Assembly (NCBI GenBank): GCA_051532055.1
Contig: JAOPTX010000016.1
Coordinates: 1-64,000, forward strand
DNA: 64,000 nt
Direction of reading: 5' to 3'
Source: Fibrobacterales bacterium
Lineage (GTDB): Bacteria > Fibrobacterota > Fibrobacteria > Fibrobacterales > JAOPTW01
Every line of letters begins with the position of its first letter. The stretch's first letter is position 1. Below are positions 19,849 to 28,444 of the stretch, in pieces. Both the position numbers and the translations under genes were made by a program. The notes beneath the pieces are model-generated. The model was not told the origin of the DNA. It saw only the letters and a list, made by a program, of their open reading frames with translations, and did not search any database.

Positions 19849-21129
19849 TTAATCGAGCTCGCCACCCTCATCATCATCATCCAAATCATCATCATCCAAA
19901 TCATCATGGGGCTCAGAATGTACTTCAACTTCACCCTCGTCTATGATATCATCGTCATCTTCAAATTCTGAACTATAATTTTCCGTCATCTCCCCCACTT
20001 CCTCTTTAAACGTAGCCTTTTCTAGGCCAGCCTCATTATCTGTTGTCTCTGCCTCATCTATATCTTCAACAACAGATCCATCATTTAATACATCTGAATC
20101 AATACTTTCACTGTCTGTGTTATCATCATCGATAGCATCGACTTGTTCTTCTAATACATCGGTACTTTCAACATTTTCTACAACCCCTGGTTCTTCTCCC
20201 AAAAGCCGCATAAGCTCATCATCTTCTATCACTTCACCACCGCTGACGCGCGTGGTAATTTCTCGTAACACCGTATCAATACCATACTCTTTGGGTGCTT
20301 CTTTTGTTCGGGCACGGAGCAAATCTGCAAGACCCTCTTTAAACTCAGAATCAGGGGTATAGATAGAGATATCATTCATCATCTCATCGACGTATTCTGT
20401 ATTATTTTTTTTACGATACACCCACATTGCACCTGCAGTTTCAACCTGCCTCACAATAATATCATCTGTTTTAACCATTTCAAGAATAGCAATAAACGAA
20501 ACAACACAATTGATCAATCGCTGATCATGACCTAACAGATCTTCAAAGAGGGCTTTCCCCTGACGCGTTAAAAAATTATCTATAAATTGCTGGCGGTCTT
20601 CAATCAATACATCATCAATTTCAATAGTATGAAAACTCTCACTTGCTTGGATCTTCATGCAATCAAGAAAACCTTTATAGAGGTGATAGAGATTTATATT
20701 CTCCTCAGATAGGTCATCTTCTTTTTTTTCTTTCTTGAAGCTTTCGGAGCGGCCACGAGAAAAACAACCATAACTCTCTTCCTCTTTTACCCTGAGATCA
20801 TCTGATACCGCTTTAAATTTTTCATACTCAAGGATTTGCTGTATGAGCGCTTCTTTGTCTGCATCAAATTCAATAGGCTCGAGATCATCCTGTTGTTCTC
20901 TTGGAAGAAGCTCTCGAACTTTAAGGAGCATTAATCGAGAAGCCATATAGAGAAAATCACCAGCTGTTGAGAGATTTGTCTCACTAATATCTTTTATATA
21001 ATCGAGAAACTGATCGGTAATTTCAGATATAGAGATGTCTTTGGGGCTCAACTCACTTTTCTGCACTAAATAGAGCAGAAGGTCCATTGGTCCTTCAAAG
21101 GTATCAATATAGACTTCGTAAGCCGCCAT
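19849..21129 (-). CDS. scpA: Segregation and condensation protein A (kleisin) with a long acidic C-terminal extension
   Basis: FEGPMDLLLYLV, ITDQFLDY, GDFLYMASRLMLLKVRELLP, LEYEKFK, VVSFIAILEMVK. Confidence 0.92.
   Translation of the reverse strand: MAAYEVYIDTFEGPMDLLLYLVQKSELSPKDISISEITDQFLDYIKDISETNLSTAGDFLYMASRLMLLKVRELLPREQQDDLEPIEFDADKEALIQQILEYEKFKAVSDDLRVKEEESYGCFSRGRSESFKKEKKEDDLSEENINLYHLYKGFLDCMKIQASESFHTIEIDDVLIEDRQQFIDNFLTRQGKALFEDLLGHDQRLINCVVSFIAILEMVKTDDIIVRQVETAGAMWVYRKKNNTEYVDEMMNDISIYTPDSEFKEGLADLLRARTKEAPKEYGIDTVLREITTRVSGGEVIEDDELMRLLGEEPGVVENVESTDVLEEQVDAIDDDNTDSESIDSDVLNDGSVVEDIDEAETTDNEAGLEKATFKEEVGEMTENYSSEFEDDDDIIDEGEVEVHSEPHDDLDDDDLDDDDEGGELD
19871..19907. repeat. 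Short coding tandem repeat (TCATCATCATCCAAA x about 2.5)
   Basis: Encodes the DDLDDDDLDDDD acidic tail of ScpA. Confidence 0.6.
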
Positions 21130-22956
21130 TTACTCCACCGTTACGCTTTTGGCTAGGTTTCTTGGCTTATCAACATCACAGCCACGAATACAAGCAATGT
21201 GATAGGCAAGGAGTTGCATTGGTATGGCTGTAAGGAGCGGCATGAGCATTGGTAATGTCGCTGGAATTGGGATAATGAAATCTGCAAGATGCTTCATTTT
21301 ATCATTACTCTCATTGCAGATAGCAATAATTCTACCACCACGTGCTTTCACTTCTTCAATATTAGACACTACTTTATCGAAAAGTGTATCGTTCGGTGCA
21401 ATAACAACAACAGGCATATTTTCATCGATAAGCGCAATAGGACCATGTTTCATCTCAGCAGCGGGGTATCCCTCTGCATGAATATATGAAATCTCTTTTA
21501 ATTTAAGTGCGCCTTCCATAGCTACAGGGTAGTTAAAGTGACGACCGAGATAGAGGAAATTTTCGGCACCTGCAAATTTACTGGCAATTTCTTCAATAGC
21601 ACTGTTCATTGAGAGAATGGTGTTAATATGCTCAGGTATTTGCTGTAACCCTTTTACAATGTCTGCACCATACTCATGGGAAACTCGTCTCATGCGTCCA
21701 AGAAGAAGTGCGACAAGGGTAAGAACAGTAACCTGTGAGGTGAAAGCCTTTGTTGATGCCACACCAATCTCTGAGCCAGCATGGAGATAAACCCCACCAT
21801 CAGTTTCGCGAGCAATTGATGAGCCCACCGTATTACAAATGCCTAAAACCGTCGCTCCTTTGCGTTTTGCCTCTCGAAGTGCAGCGAGGGTATCTGCTGT
21901 CTCGCCCGATTGTGAAATGGCAAAAACGATTGTGTGCGGTTCAATAATAGGGTTTTTATATCTAAACTCAGATGCATACTCAACCTCAACAGGTATCCCC
22001 GCAAGGTCTTCAATAATGAGTTCACCAACAAGTGACGCATAATATGAGGTTCCACATGCAAGCATAATGATACGACGAATTCCTCGTAACTCTTGCAGAT
22101 TTAGTTTTAGTCCATCTAATTTAGCAGTACCATCTCCTAAAAGAAGTCTTCCTCGGAGAGCATTTTCTACTGTGTTGGGCTGTTCATAAATTTCTTTAAG
22201 CATAAAGTGGTCAAAGCCACCCTTTGCAATTGCTTCAAGATCAAAATCAATCTCGTGCACTTCTCTGTTTACCCGCTGGTTATGAATATTTTTCACTTCA
22301 TATTTACCATCGCGGGACACAACCACATCGTCATCATCAAGATAGATGACCTGTTTAGTATGTTCTACAATTGGAGTCACATCTGAAGCGATGAAGATTC
22401 CATCATCTGCAACGCCCACAACAAGTGGACTCCCTCTTCTGGCGCCAATCATAACCCCTGGTTCATCTGAAGTAATGACTCCAATACCAAAGGCACCTTC
22501 GAGCATCCCAAGTACGGTCAGTACAGCTGCTTCGAGGTCGCCAGTATAAAATTTTTGAATCAAATGAGGAATAACTTCAGTATCTGTTTCTGACTTAAAC
22601 TCATAGCCATCTTTAAGCAGCATCTCTTTGAGCACTGCATAATTTTCAATGATACCGTTGTGTACTACGGCAACTTTTCCATCTGCACTGAGGTGAGGAT
22701 GAGAGTTCTCTTCTGAGGGGGCGCCGTGGGTTGCCCAGCGTGTGTGAGAAATTCCTGTTACTGATGAGAATGCCTCATCACCAATTTTATTTTCGAGATT
22801 TTGTAATTTACCTTTCGCTTTAGTTGTTGTAATTGCTCCATTTTCAAGGACTGCAAACCCAGCACTATCGTATCCACGATACTCTAACTTTCTCAAACCT
22901 TCGATGAGAATATTTATCGCCTGATTCGAACCATTATATCCAACTATACCACACAT
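21130..22956 (-). CDS. glmS: Glutamine--fructose-6-phosphate transaminase
   Basis: MCGIVG, EYRGYDSAG, HTRWATHG, HNGIIEN, SQSGETADT, LKLKEISY, PRNLAKSVTVE. Confidence 0.99.
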   Translation of the reverse strand: MCGIVGYNGSNQAINILIEGLRKLEYRGYDSAGFAVLENGAITTTKAKGKLQNLENKIGDEAFSSVTGISHTRWATHGAPSEENSHPHLSADGKVAVVHNGIIENYAVLKEMLLKDGYEFKSETDTEVIPHLIQKFYTGDLEAAVLTVLGMLEGAFGIGVITSDEPGVMIGARRGSPLVVGVADDGIFIASDVTPIVEHTKQVIYLDDDDVVVSRDGKYEVKNIHNQRVNREVHEIDFDLEAIAKGGFDHFMLKEIYEQPNTVENALRGRLLLGDGTAKLDGLKLNLQELRGIRRIIMLACGTSYYASLVGELIIEDLAGIPVEVEYASEFRYKNPIIEPHTIVFAISQSGETADTLAALREAKRKGATVLGICNTVGSSIARETDGGVYLHAGSEIGVASTKAFTSQVTVLTLVALLLGRMRRVSHEYGADIVKGLQQIPEHINTILSMNSAIEEIASKFAGAENFLYLGRHFNYPVAMEGALKLKEISYIHAEGYPAAEMKHGPIALIDENMPVVVIAPNDTLFDKVVSNIEEVKARGGRIIAICNESNDKMKHLADFIIPIPATLPMLMPLLTAIPMQLLAYHIACIRGCDVDKPRNLAKSVTVE

Positions 22957-23057
22957 AATTACACACTCAAATTGTTAAAAACAGTGATTAATGTAGCAAA
23001 TATTCAGGATTTTAGCGTTGGTGAAGACTTGATTTTATGGAGATTTACACTCACATA

Positions 23058-24620
23058 TCAAAACTGGTATCCTAGAGCAACTCCTGGAGACACATAATAT
23101 CGATTTTTGAGTTTACCATCACTATGAGCAGTAAAAAGAGAGATTTCTGGAGTAACAATTGTCGCAATCCAAAACCCATTTGGCAAATAAAGTTCCATAT
23201 CAAGGGATAATCCAATTTGATAGAGATTAGCATGACTCGTTTGACTCCCCTCTTTGGTAAGTCGATTATCAAAACGTTTCTGAAAAAGGCTCACATAGCG
23301 ACCGTTTATTCCACCAGAAACTTGGCCATAAGCATGTTGATATAGCGGTTTGCCTGCATTATAAGCGACAGAATAAAAGCTGTTCTCAACGCTTTTTTTA
23401 AGAGAATCACTTGAACGCTCTGTAGACGAGGCATAGCCAATGGATAGTCGTTGTTTCCAATTATAGCTTCTGTGTATATACGAGAGCTCAGTGAGATTGA
23501 GCATTGATTCACCTAAAGGACTAATAAATCGCGCCCCCACCTCAACACCATGAGCATTGAGGGACAACCGCTGACTCCCTTTTGCATACAGTACTGATTT
23601 ATGCTGCTTTCTAAAAGTATTTGGGGTTAATTCTCTTTTGTTAGACCAGGCAAGGTCAATCATTTGTGCCTTTATAGCATCACCATCTTCGTAAGAGAGA
23701 ATATAGCGCCCTCTCGGTACCGAATAACGAATTGTCTCTTTACCCGATAAAAAAAGACGAGAATATACTTGAGAATTGCTCGCATCATGAATAGTCATCA
23801 TCACCCCCGGGAACCCTTTAAAGGTAATATTCGAATGTTTTTTTTGAATCCGCGCAAGAATGACATCTGACTCTCCCACAATGTTCATATCAAAACCCGG
23901 GTTTTGATTTTCTGTTTTGCCAAGGATCATCTCATTTTGAGTACTATTTCGAGCATACTCAAAGGCCTCAAAAAGGGATACTTGTGCATCAAGGTTAAAA
24001 TCAGCGGCTCCTCTGAGTGCATTGAGCAAATGGTGCGTAAAAACTGCACCTTGATACTCTTCGGATTCTTGTGCAAATTCACCCCGAGCGCTTGAGGTAA
24101 TCACAATAGATCCTTTACTCTTCAATTCATCCTTGTGAACTCGATGATTTTTAATGATCTGCCCCCCCTTTTGACGGAGTAAATTCCCGGATTCACAGGC
24201 ATCCACAAACATAATTTTGAGATCAGCAGAGAGAGTTTCAAAATACCCAGTGAGCTCATCTTTACTGAGAGTATGACCATTGATATGGAGTGCATTGCTG
24301 CTTCCATGACCGGAATAGAAAAGAAGAACCATAGTCTCTTGACCATTACGCTTAAGCTCTTTGGCTCGACCATTAATCTCTATAAATGCATTTTTTATAT
24401 CCCCAACAGGTCGATTTTTAAGAAGATAGACACGATCTTCAGGAAAGGTCTGAGAATCGATAAGCAAACGCGCCATCTCCTCAGCATCTTTCGCAGCATA
24501 TTTAAGGGTCACTTCATTTGCAAGTCCACTATTATTCCCGATAAATAGTGCCAAACGCTGCAAATCACCTGAAAAAGCAACTGAGAGCAGTGTAAGGCAG
24601 ATAATAATTAATCGCACCAC
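23058..24620 (-). CDS. Secreted caspase-family (peptidase C14) protease with a probable C-terminal outer-membrane beta-barrel
   Basis: Sec signal (VAFS/G); RLALFIGNN, LKYAAKDA, catalytic YSGHG and VDACESG, AQES, VFTHHLLNALRGAAD, QNP. The C-terminal ~170 aa show alternating amphipathic strands and end in VALGYQF. Confidence 0.88.
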   Translation of the reverse strand: MVRLIIICLTLLSVAFSGDLQRLALFIGNNSGLANEVTLKYAAKDAEEMARLLIDSQTFPEDRVYLLKNRPVGDIKNAFIEINGRAKELKRNGQETMVLLFYSGHGSSNALHINGHTLSKDELTGYFETLSADLKIMFVDACESGNLLRQKGGQIIKNHRVHKDELKSKGSIVITSSARGEFAQESEEYQGAVFTHHLLNALRGAADFNLDAQVSLFEAFEYARNSTQNEMILGKTENQNPGFDMNIVGESDVILARIQKKHSNITFKGFPGVMMTIHDASNSQVYSRLFLSGKETIRYSVPRGRYILSYEDGDAIKAQMIDLAWSNKRELTPNTFRKQHKSVLYAKGSQRLSLNAHGVEVGARFISPLGESMLNLTELSYIHRSYNWKQRLSIGYASSTERSSDSLKKSVENSFYSVAYNAGKPLYQHAYGQVSGGINGRYVSLFQKRFDNRLTKEGSQTSHANLYQIGLSLDMELYLPNGFWIATIVTPEISLFTAHSDGKLKNRYYVSPGVALGYQF

Positions 24621-24621
24621 C

Positions 24622-25341
24622 TTATTCTCTCATCAAGGTATACATCTGCACTGATATTGATCCGTGTATAGGGAGAGCAATTTCTCTATCATTCATAGGC
24701 ATCGTAAAAGACTCTACAGATGTTAAAAGATAGAGCTCCTCACGTAGCCACGTATCATCGAGCACAATACTTGATTCAACAGCACTGAAGGATGTAACTG
24801 GCTTTAACATTAATGACACACCTTCATTAGTAAGATAAGGAGTAAGAGCCCCTGCATCATCACGATACCAAAGTTGCATATACAAAGGACTATTTGAGCG
24901 ATATGAAATGGTAAGGGTGTCCCTCGCTGAAACAGCAGCGGGAGACCTACTATCGAGCAGCTCTCCACCAACACTTATCCGAATCTCACTCGAACCTTTC
25001 GCCTGAAAAAGACTCTGTTCTGAGACCGTCGATTGAGTTGACTGAGGATTATACATGATTAATACCGCGACACACACGATTGAAAAGAGGGCCGCCATCT
25101 GCAATTGAGGTTTTAGAAGGAGTCCGAGAACTTGATCTAAAACAGAGTTTTTACTTTGTATCGCCACACCTTCAAAAAGATCATTAAAACTTTTATTACA
25201 AGTTATAGAGCGCTGTTTTTGAAACTCATCTCGAATTTCGGGATTCTGATCCATTTCATTTTCGAACGTTTCTTCTTCAGCTGGAGTCATCTCGTTTGCG
25301 AGGTATGACTCAATACGGTAATAGGGGATTTTTTTATTCAT
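24622..25341 (-). CDS. Putative membrane anti-sigma factor (N-terminal ASD-like helices, one TM, DUF4384-like periplasmic domain)
   Basis: IESYLANEMTPAEEETFE (ZAS-like but without HxxxCxxC); TM segment MAALFSIVCVAVLIMY; AKG...DTLTISY...YMQLWYRDDAGALTPY. Directly downstream of an ECF sigma gene. Confidence 0.72.
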   Translation of the reverse strand: MNKKIPYYRIESYLANEMTPAEEETFENEMDQNPEIRDEFQKQRSITCNKSFNDLFEGVAIQSKNSVLDQVLGLLLKPQLQMAALFSIVCVAVLIMYNPQSTQSTVSEQSLFQAKGSSEIRISVGGELLDSRSPAAVSARDTLTISYRSNSPLYMQLWYRDDAGALTPYLTNEGVSLMLKPVTSFSAVESSIVLDDTWLREELYLLTSVESFTMPMNDREIALPIHGSISVQMYTLMRE

Positions 25342-25361
25342 GCGTACCCACGATTATATCT

Positions 25362-25904
25362 TTACTTCTCATTAGACGCTCCCAATAGCAGCGAGGTAAC
25401 CTCATTGCGTGAAAAAAGCGAACAAACTATCATTATTGCAGCGAGGTCAGGAAACTTAGCTTCCAAACGCTTAATTCGACGGGAAATCGCTACCCGAGAT
25501 ACCCCCATAATATCAGCAATTTCTCCATGCTTAAGCCCCTCAATATAAAAGAGAAACAGTAACTCCCTACTCTCTTTATTAAAGGTTTTTAGAATTTTCT
25601 GAAGAGTTAAGTACCTATCAGTATCTTCCCTTCCAACATTTTTACAGGGAATCTCCTCTATAAACTCAATAGAGAGCGCATCTTTTTTCTTTTTAGACCG
25701 AAGATAATCAAGGCAATTATTTGTTGCAATACGATAGATCCAGGTAAACATTTGCGAAGTTCCATCATAAGAATCGAGGGAACGAAAAACCTTAATAAAA
25801 GTCTCTTGGAGTAGATCTTCCGCATCTTGATCGCAATGGGTGTACCTCCTACAAGTACGAAATACTCCATCTTTGTGAGTTGCATATATCTCTTCAGGTC
25901 TCAT
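25362..25904 (-). CDS. ECF sigma-70 factor
   Basis: DAEDLLQETFIKV, FTWIYRIATNNCLDYLR, EGLKHGEIADIMGVS. Confidence 0.95.
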   Translation of the reverse strand: MRPEEIYATHKDGVFRTCRRYTHCDQDAEDLLQETFIKVFRSLDSYDGTSQMFTWIYRIATNNCLDYLRSKKKKDALSIEFIEEIPCKNVGREDTDRYLTLQKILKTFNKESRELLFLFYIEGLKHGEIADIMGVSRVAISRRIKRLEAKFPDLAAIMIVCSLFSRNEVTSLLLGASNEK

Positions 25905-25913
25905 AGCACTCTC

Positions 25914-28352
25914 TTATTGTTTCAGTGTAAATCCAGAGAAGGCAACCCAAGGCATGAACCCTAAGCTGTTTACTGGAGTAATTTTAATATAATAGTTTTC
26001 ACTCTCCACAGCGATTGCATCGACAAACAAAGTAGGATTTAATTTAGATACAGCGGTCTCATGCTGAATTTCTGTTAGGGTATTAAGACTAGAGCCCCCA
26101 AGCACCTTAAAATAAATAGAGGAATAGAGGCCATCCCTGATACAGCTTTCAATAGTAAGTTGAAATTGCCCTGAATAGCCAGCAAGATTCAGCAACAAAT
26201 AGTCTTCTAAATCATCAACATACCAACTTTCTTCACCACTATTGTACAGCGATTCAACAACACCCACACCACCATACAAATAAGTGTCACAATCAAACCA
26301 AGCATCAATATGCTCTTTACCACTACTACTTATCATCACCTGCCCCGCACCAACATGAGGGAGATCCTGTACTGCTTGTGCCGAAAGAGGAGTATACTTT
26401 TTATTATAAAAAGACCGTCCCCCCATTTGGTCTATAACTACTAGTTTATAAAAGTCACTCCCATTATAGGAATGAAACTCTATCTCTAATCCTGTAGATG
26501 GACTATAAAAACGATGTAGACCTATAGGATGTAAAACTAACTCGGGCGTCTGCCCTGTTCGGTTATCTTCATAGATCAGAGAATAACTCAGAATATTATT
26601 GACAAAGCCCCCACTCGCAAGTAGAGGATTATCATCCGGTGATATATTTATTGCAAACTCACCCCCATTACTATATGAGCCACGATAGCTCACCATATCC
26701 ACCTGAGGTGTTACATAACTTAACGTCTGATGAGCCGCTATATATGCCTCAATTGTGTCATTGAGTGAGGGTGTACCTACACTTCGCGGGATAATTGTTT
26801 TATCAACAGATAAATAGGATACTTTTACCGCATTGCCATCAAGAGTCATTACAAGGTTATTGAGCTCGGAGGATTTAAATGTACCTTCATTTTTAGTTGG
26901 AACCATATTAAAAAGAGTAACATTACCCAAACCGAAATACTCTGCAGTAGATTGTTCCAAAGAGAGCCAACAGGAAGAATCCTTTTGAACTACTTCCACG
27001 GTAAGGTTTTTTTGTGCATTATAATAAACGCCAGCAAAAGGAGTAACATTTGCAAAGTCATACTCTTGGTCAACCACAGGATCATAAGCACTTAAATTTG
27101 GTTGATATTCTCTCCATGTTTGCCCATGTTCAGCGATAAGAACAGAATCTTTTTGAAATGCCGTAAGTTCGAGACCGTTGAAAACTCGTGAATATCTATC
27201 AGCATACATTAAATTGTACCCCGTAGTAAGGTGCTGAGTATCAATACTCAAATACCCTTTATTAACAGACCGAACAATCGTATCAAGTGCATTATGATCT
27301 TGAATAAAGAAAAAAAAGAATTCAAAAGAGAAGGCGACGAGACTATTTCTCTCTGGCCTGCTATTATCCAGTGGTGTATCTTCATAAGGAAATGAACTAT
27401 TAGTTCGTAAGTAATGGAGCATTCGTGACTTTAAATCAAATGCCATTCTTTTTTTATAGAGTTCATTTTTTTTCGTAATGTACGATCGTAAATAGTGTTG
27501 ATTTGGGTGAAGTCGTCCTTGTTCTCCTTTAAGAGTAAGAACTGACACCGAATCATTCACAATAGTCGTATCTATTTTGGGAAGATCATCATATTGACGA
27601 TCAAAAACAAACGCTTCATATTTATTATGCTGTTGATAAATAGCACGTGTTTCAATAAGAGCTAGGTCATAATACTCTTTTGGAACCAAGGCACCTAAAT
27701 TAATTAACTCAGTGTATCCTTCAGCAATTTCATGAGTAATCAGTGTGTCTTTGATGTCATTATATTCCTGCCACATCACCCCACTCTTATAATTAAGAAA
27801 AAAACGTACATCAGCCTCGGCCATAGGAGCGTGATCTTCAGAATAGTGCGAAAATTCTCTCAATTGATTATTTAATGTAACGATCTCTTTTTCTAATACG
27901 AGAAGAGTATCCACAAATATCCGATCATCTGGATGGTACATATCTTCGAGAGTAAATTGATTTGATCCATTTGAATTCTCAAAAAACCATAACTTTGCAA
28001 TGGCTGTGGCGTTATCATTAAAAATATCAGGAATGGGCTCCTGTTTTAGAGTAAAATGGTATACACCTGAGGAATCTACGGTATATTCAGAAATATTTTG
28101 AGGATAGTAATGATTGAAATCACCAACCATATGCCAAATGAGCACAGGTCTCACCTCACCTAAAGAGTCCTCTCTATCGGGCGCCATTTTAGTATAGTCT
28201 ATTGTCGCTTTAAATTGAAGATATGGATCCAGGTCATCATCTGAATACACAGGAATAACACCATCATCAGTGAAAAGGTCCGTTAAGAAACACCCTGATA
28301 GTAACCCTATCAAAATTACCCAAACAAAAGCTACCACTCCTTTAGAACCCAT
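25914..28352 (-). CDS. Large hypothetical lipoprotein (812 aa), possibly with two DUF3471-like beta domains
   Basis: Lipobox LLSGC at Cys21. Two segments, FAGVYY... and YRGSYS...LHPIGLHRFYSP..LEIEF, recall the DUF3471/Pab87 C-terminal domain (by eye only). Confidence 0.7.
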   Translation of the reverse strand: MGSKGVVAFVWVILIGLLSGCFLTDLFTDDGVIPVYSDDDLDPYLQFKATIDYTKMAPDREDSLGEVRPVLIWHMVGDFNHYYPQNISEYTVDSSGVYHFTLKQEPIPDIFNDNATAIAKLWFFENSNGSNQFTLEDMYHPDDRIFVDTLLVLEKEIVTLNNQLREFSHYSEDHAPMAEADVRFFLNYKSGVMWQEYNDIKDTLITHEIAEGYTELINLGALVPKEYYDLALIETRAIYQQHNKYEAFVFDRQYDDLPKIDTTIVNDSVSVLTLKGEQGRLHPNQHYLRSYITKKNELYKKRMAFDLKSRMLHYLRTNSSFPYEDTPLDNSRPERNSLVAFSFEFFFFFIQDHNALDTIVRSVNKGYLSIDTQHLTTGYNLMYADRYSRVFNGLELTAFQKDSVLIAEHGQTWREYQPNLSAYDPVVDQEYDFANVTPFAGVYYNAQKNLTVEVVQKDSSCWLSLEQSTAEYFGLGNVTLFNMVPTKNEGTFKSSELNNLVMTLDGNAVKVSYLSVDKTIIPRSVGTPSLNDTIEAYIAAHQTLSYVTPQVDMVSYRGSYSNGGEFAINISPDDNPLLASGGFVNNILSYSLIYEDNRTGQTPELVLHPIGLHRFYSPSTGLEIEFHSYNGSDFYKLVVIDQMGGRSFYNKKYTPLSAQAVQDLPHVGAGQVMISSSGKEHIDAWFDCDTYLYGGVGVVESLYNSGEESWYVDDLEDYLLLNLAGYSGQFQLTIESCIRDGLYSSIYFKVLGGSSLNTLTEIQHETAVSKLNPTLFVDAIAVESENYYIKITPVNSLGFMPWVAFSGFTLKQ

Positions 28353-28444
28353 GTACCCATCTCATCATCTCAGCTGGGTTAAAGTTAGTAATGTCTCTAT
28401 AAACCATTGGCTATGTTGTATCTATTTTACACGACAGGAGTTAT

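Noticed and set aside
22957..23057. glmS ribozyme
   Set aside because: The spacer is only 101 nt, AT-rich, and lacks the AGCGCC...ACGAGG core.
23058..25904. Type III-E CRISPR-associated protease/sigma module, or a cytoplasmic caspase defence system
   Set aside because: No cas genes, array, gasdermin or NLR-like partner in the window. The protease is C14-type with a signal peptide, not a TPR-CHAT protein.
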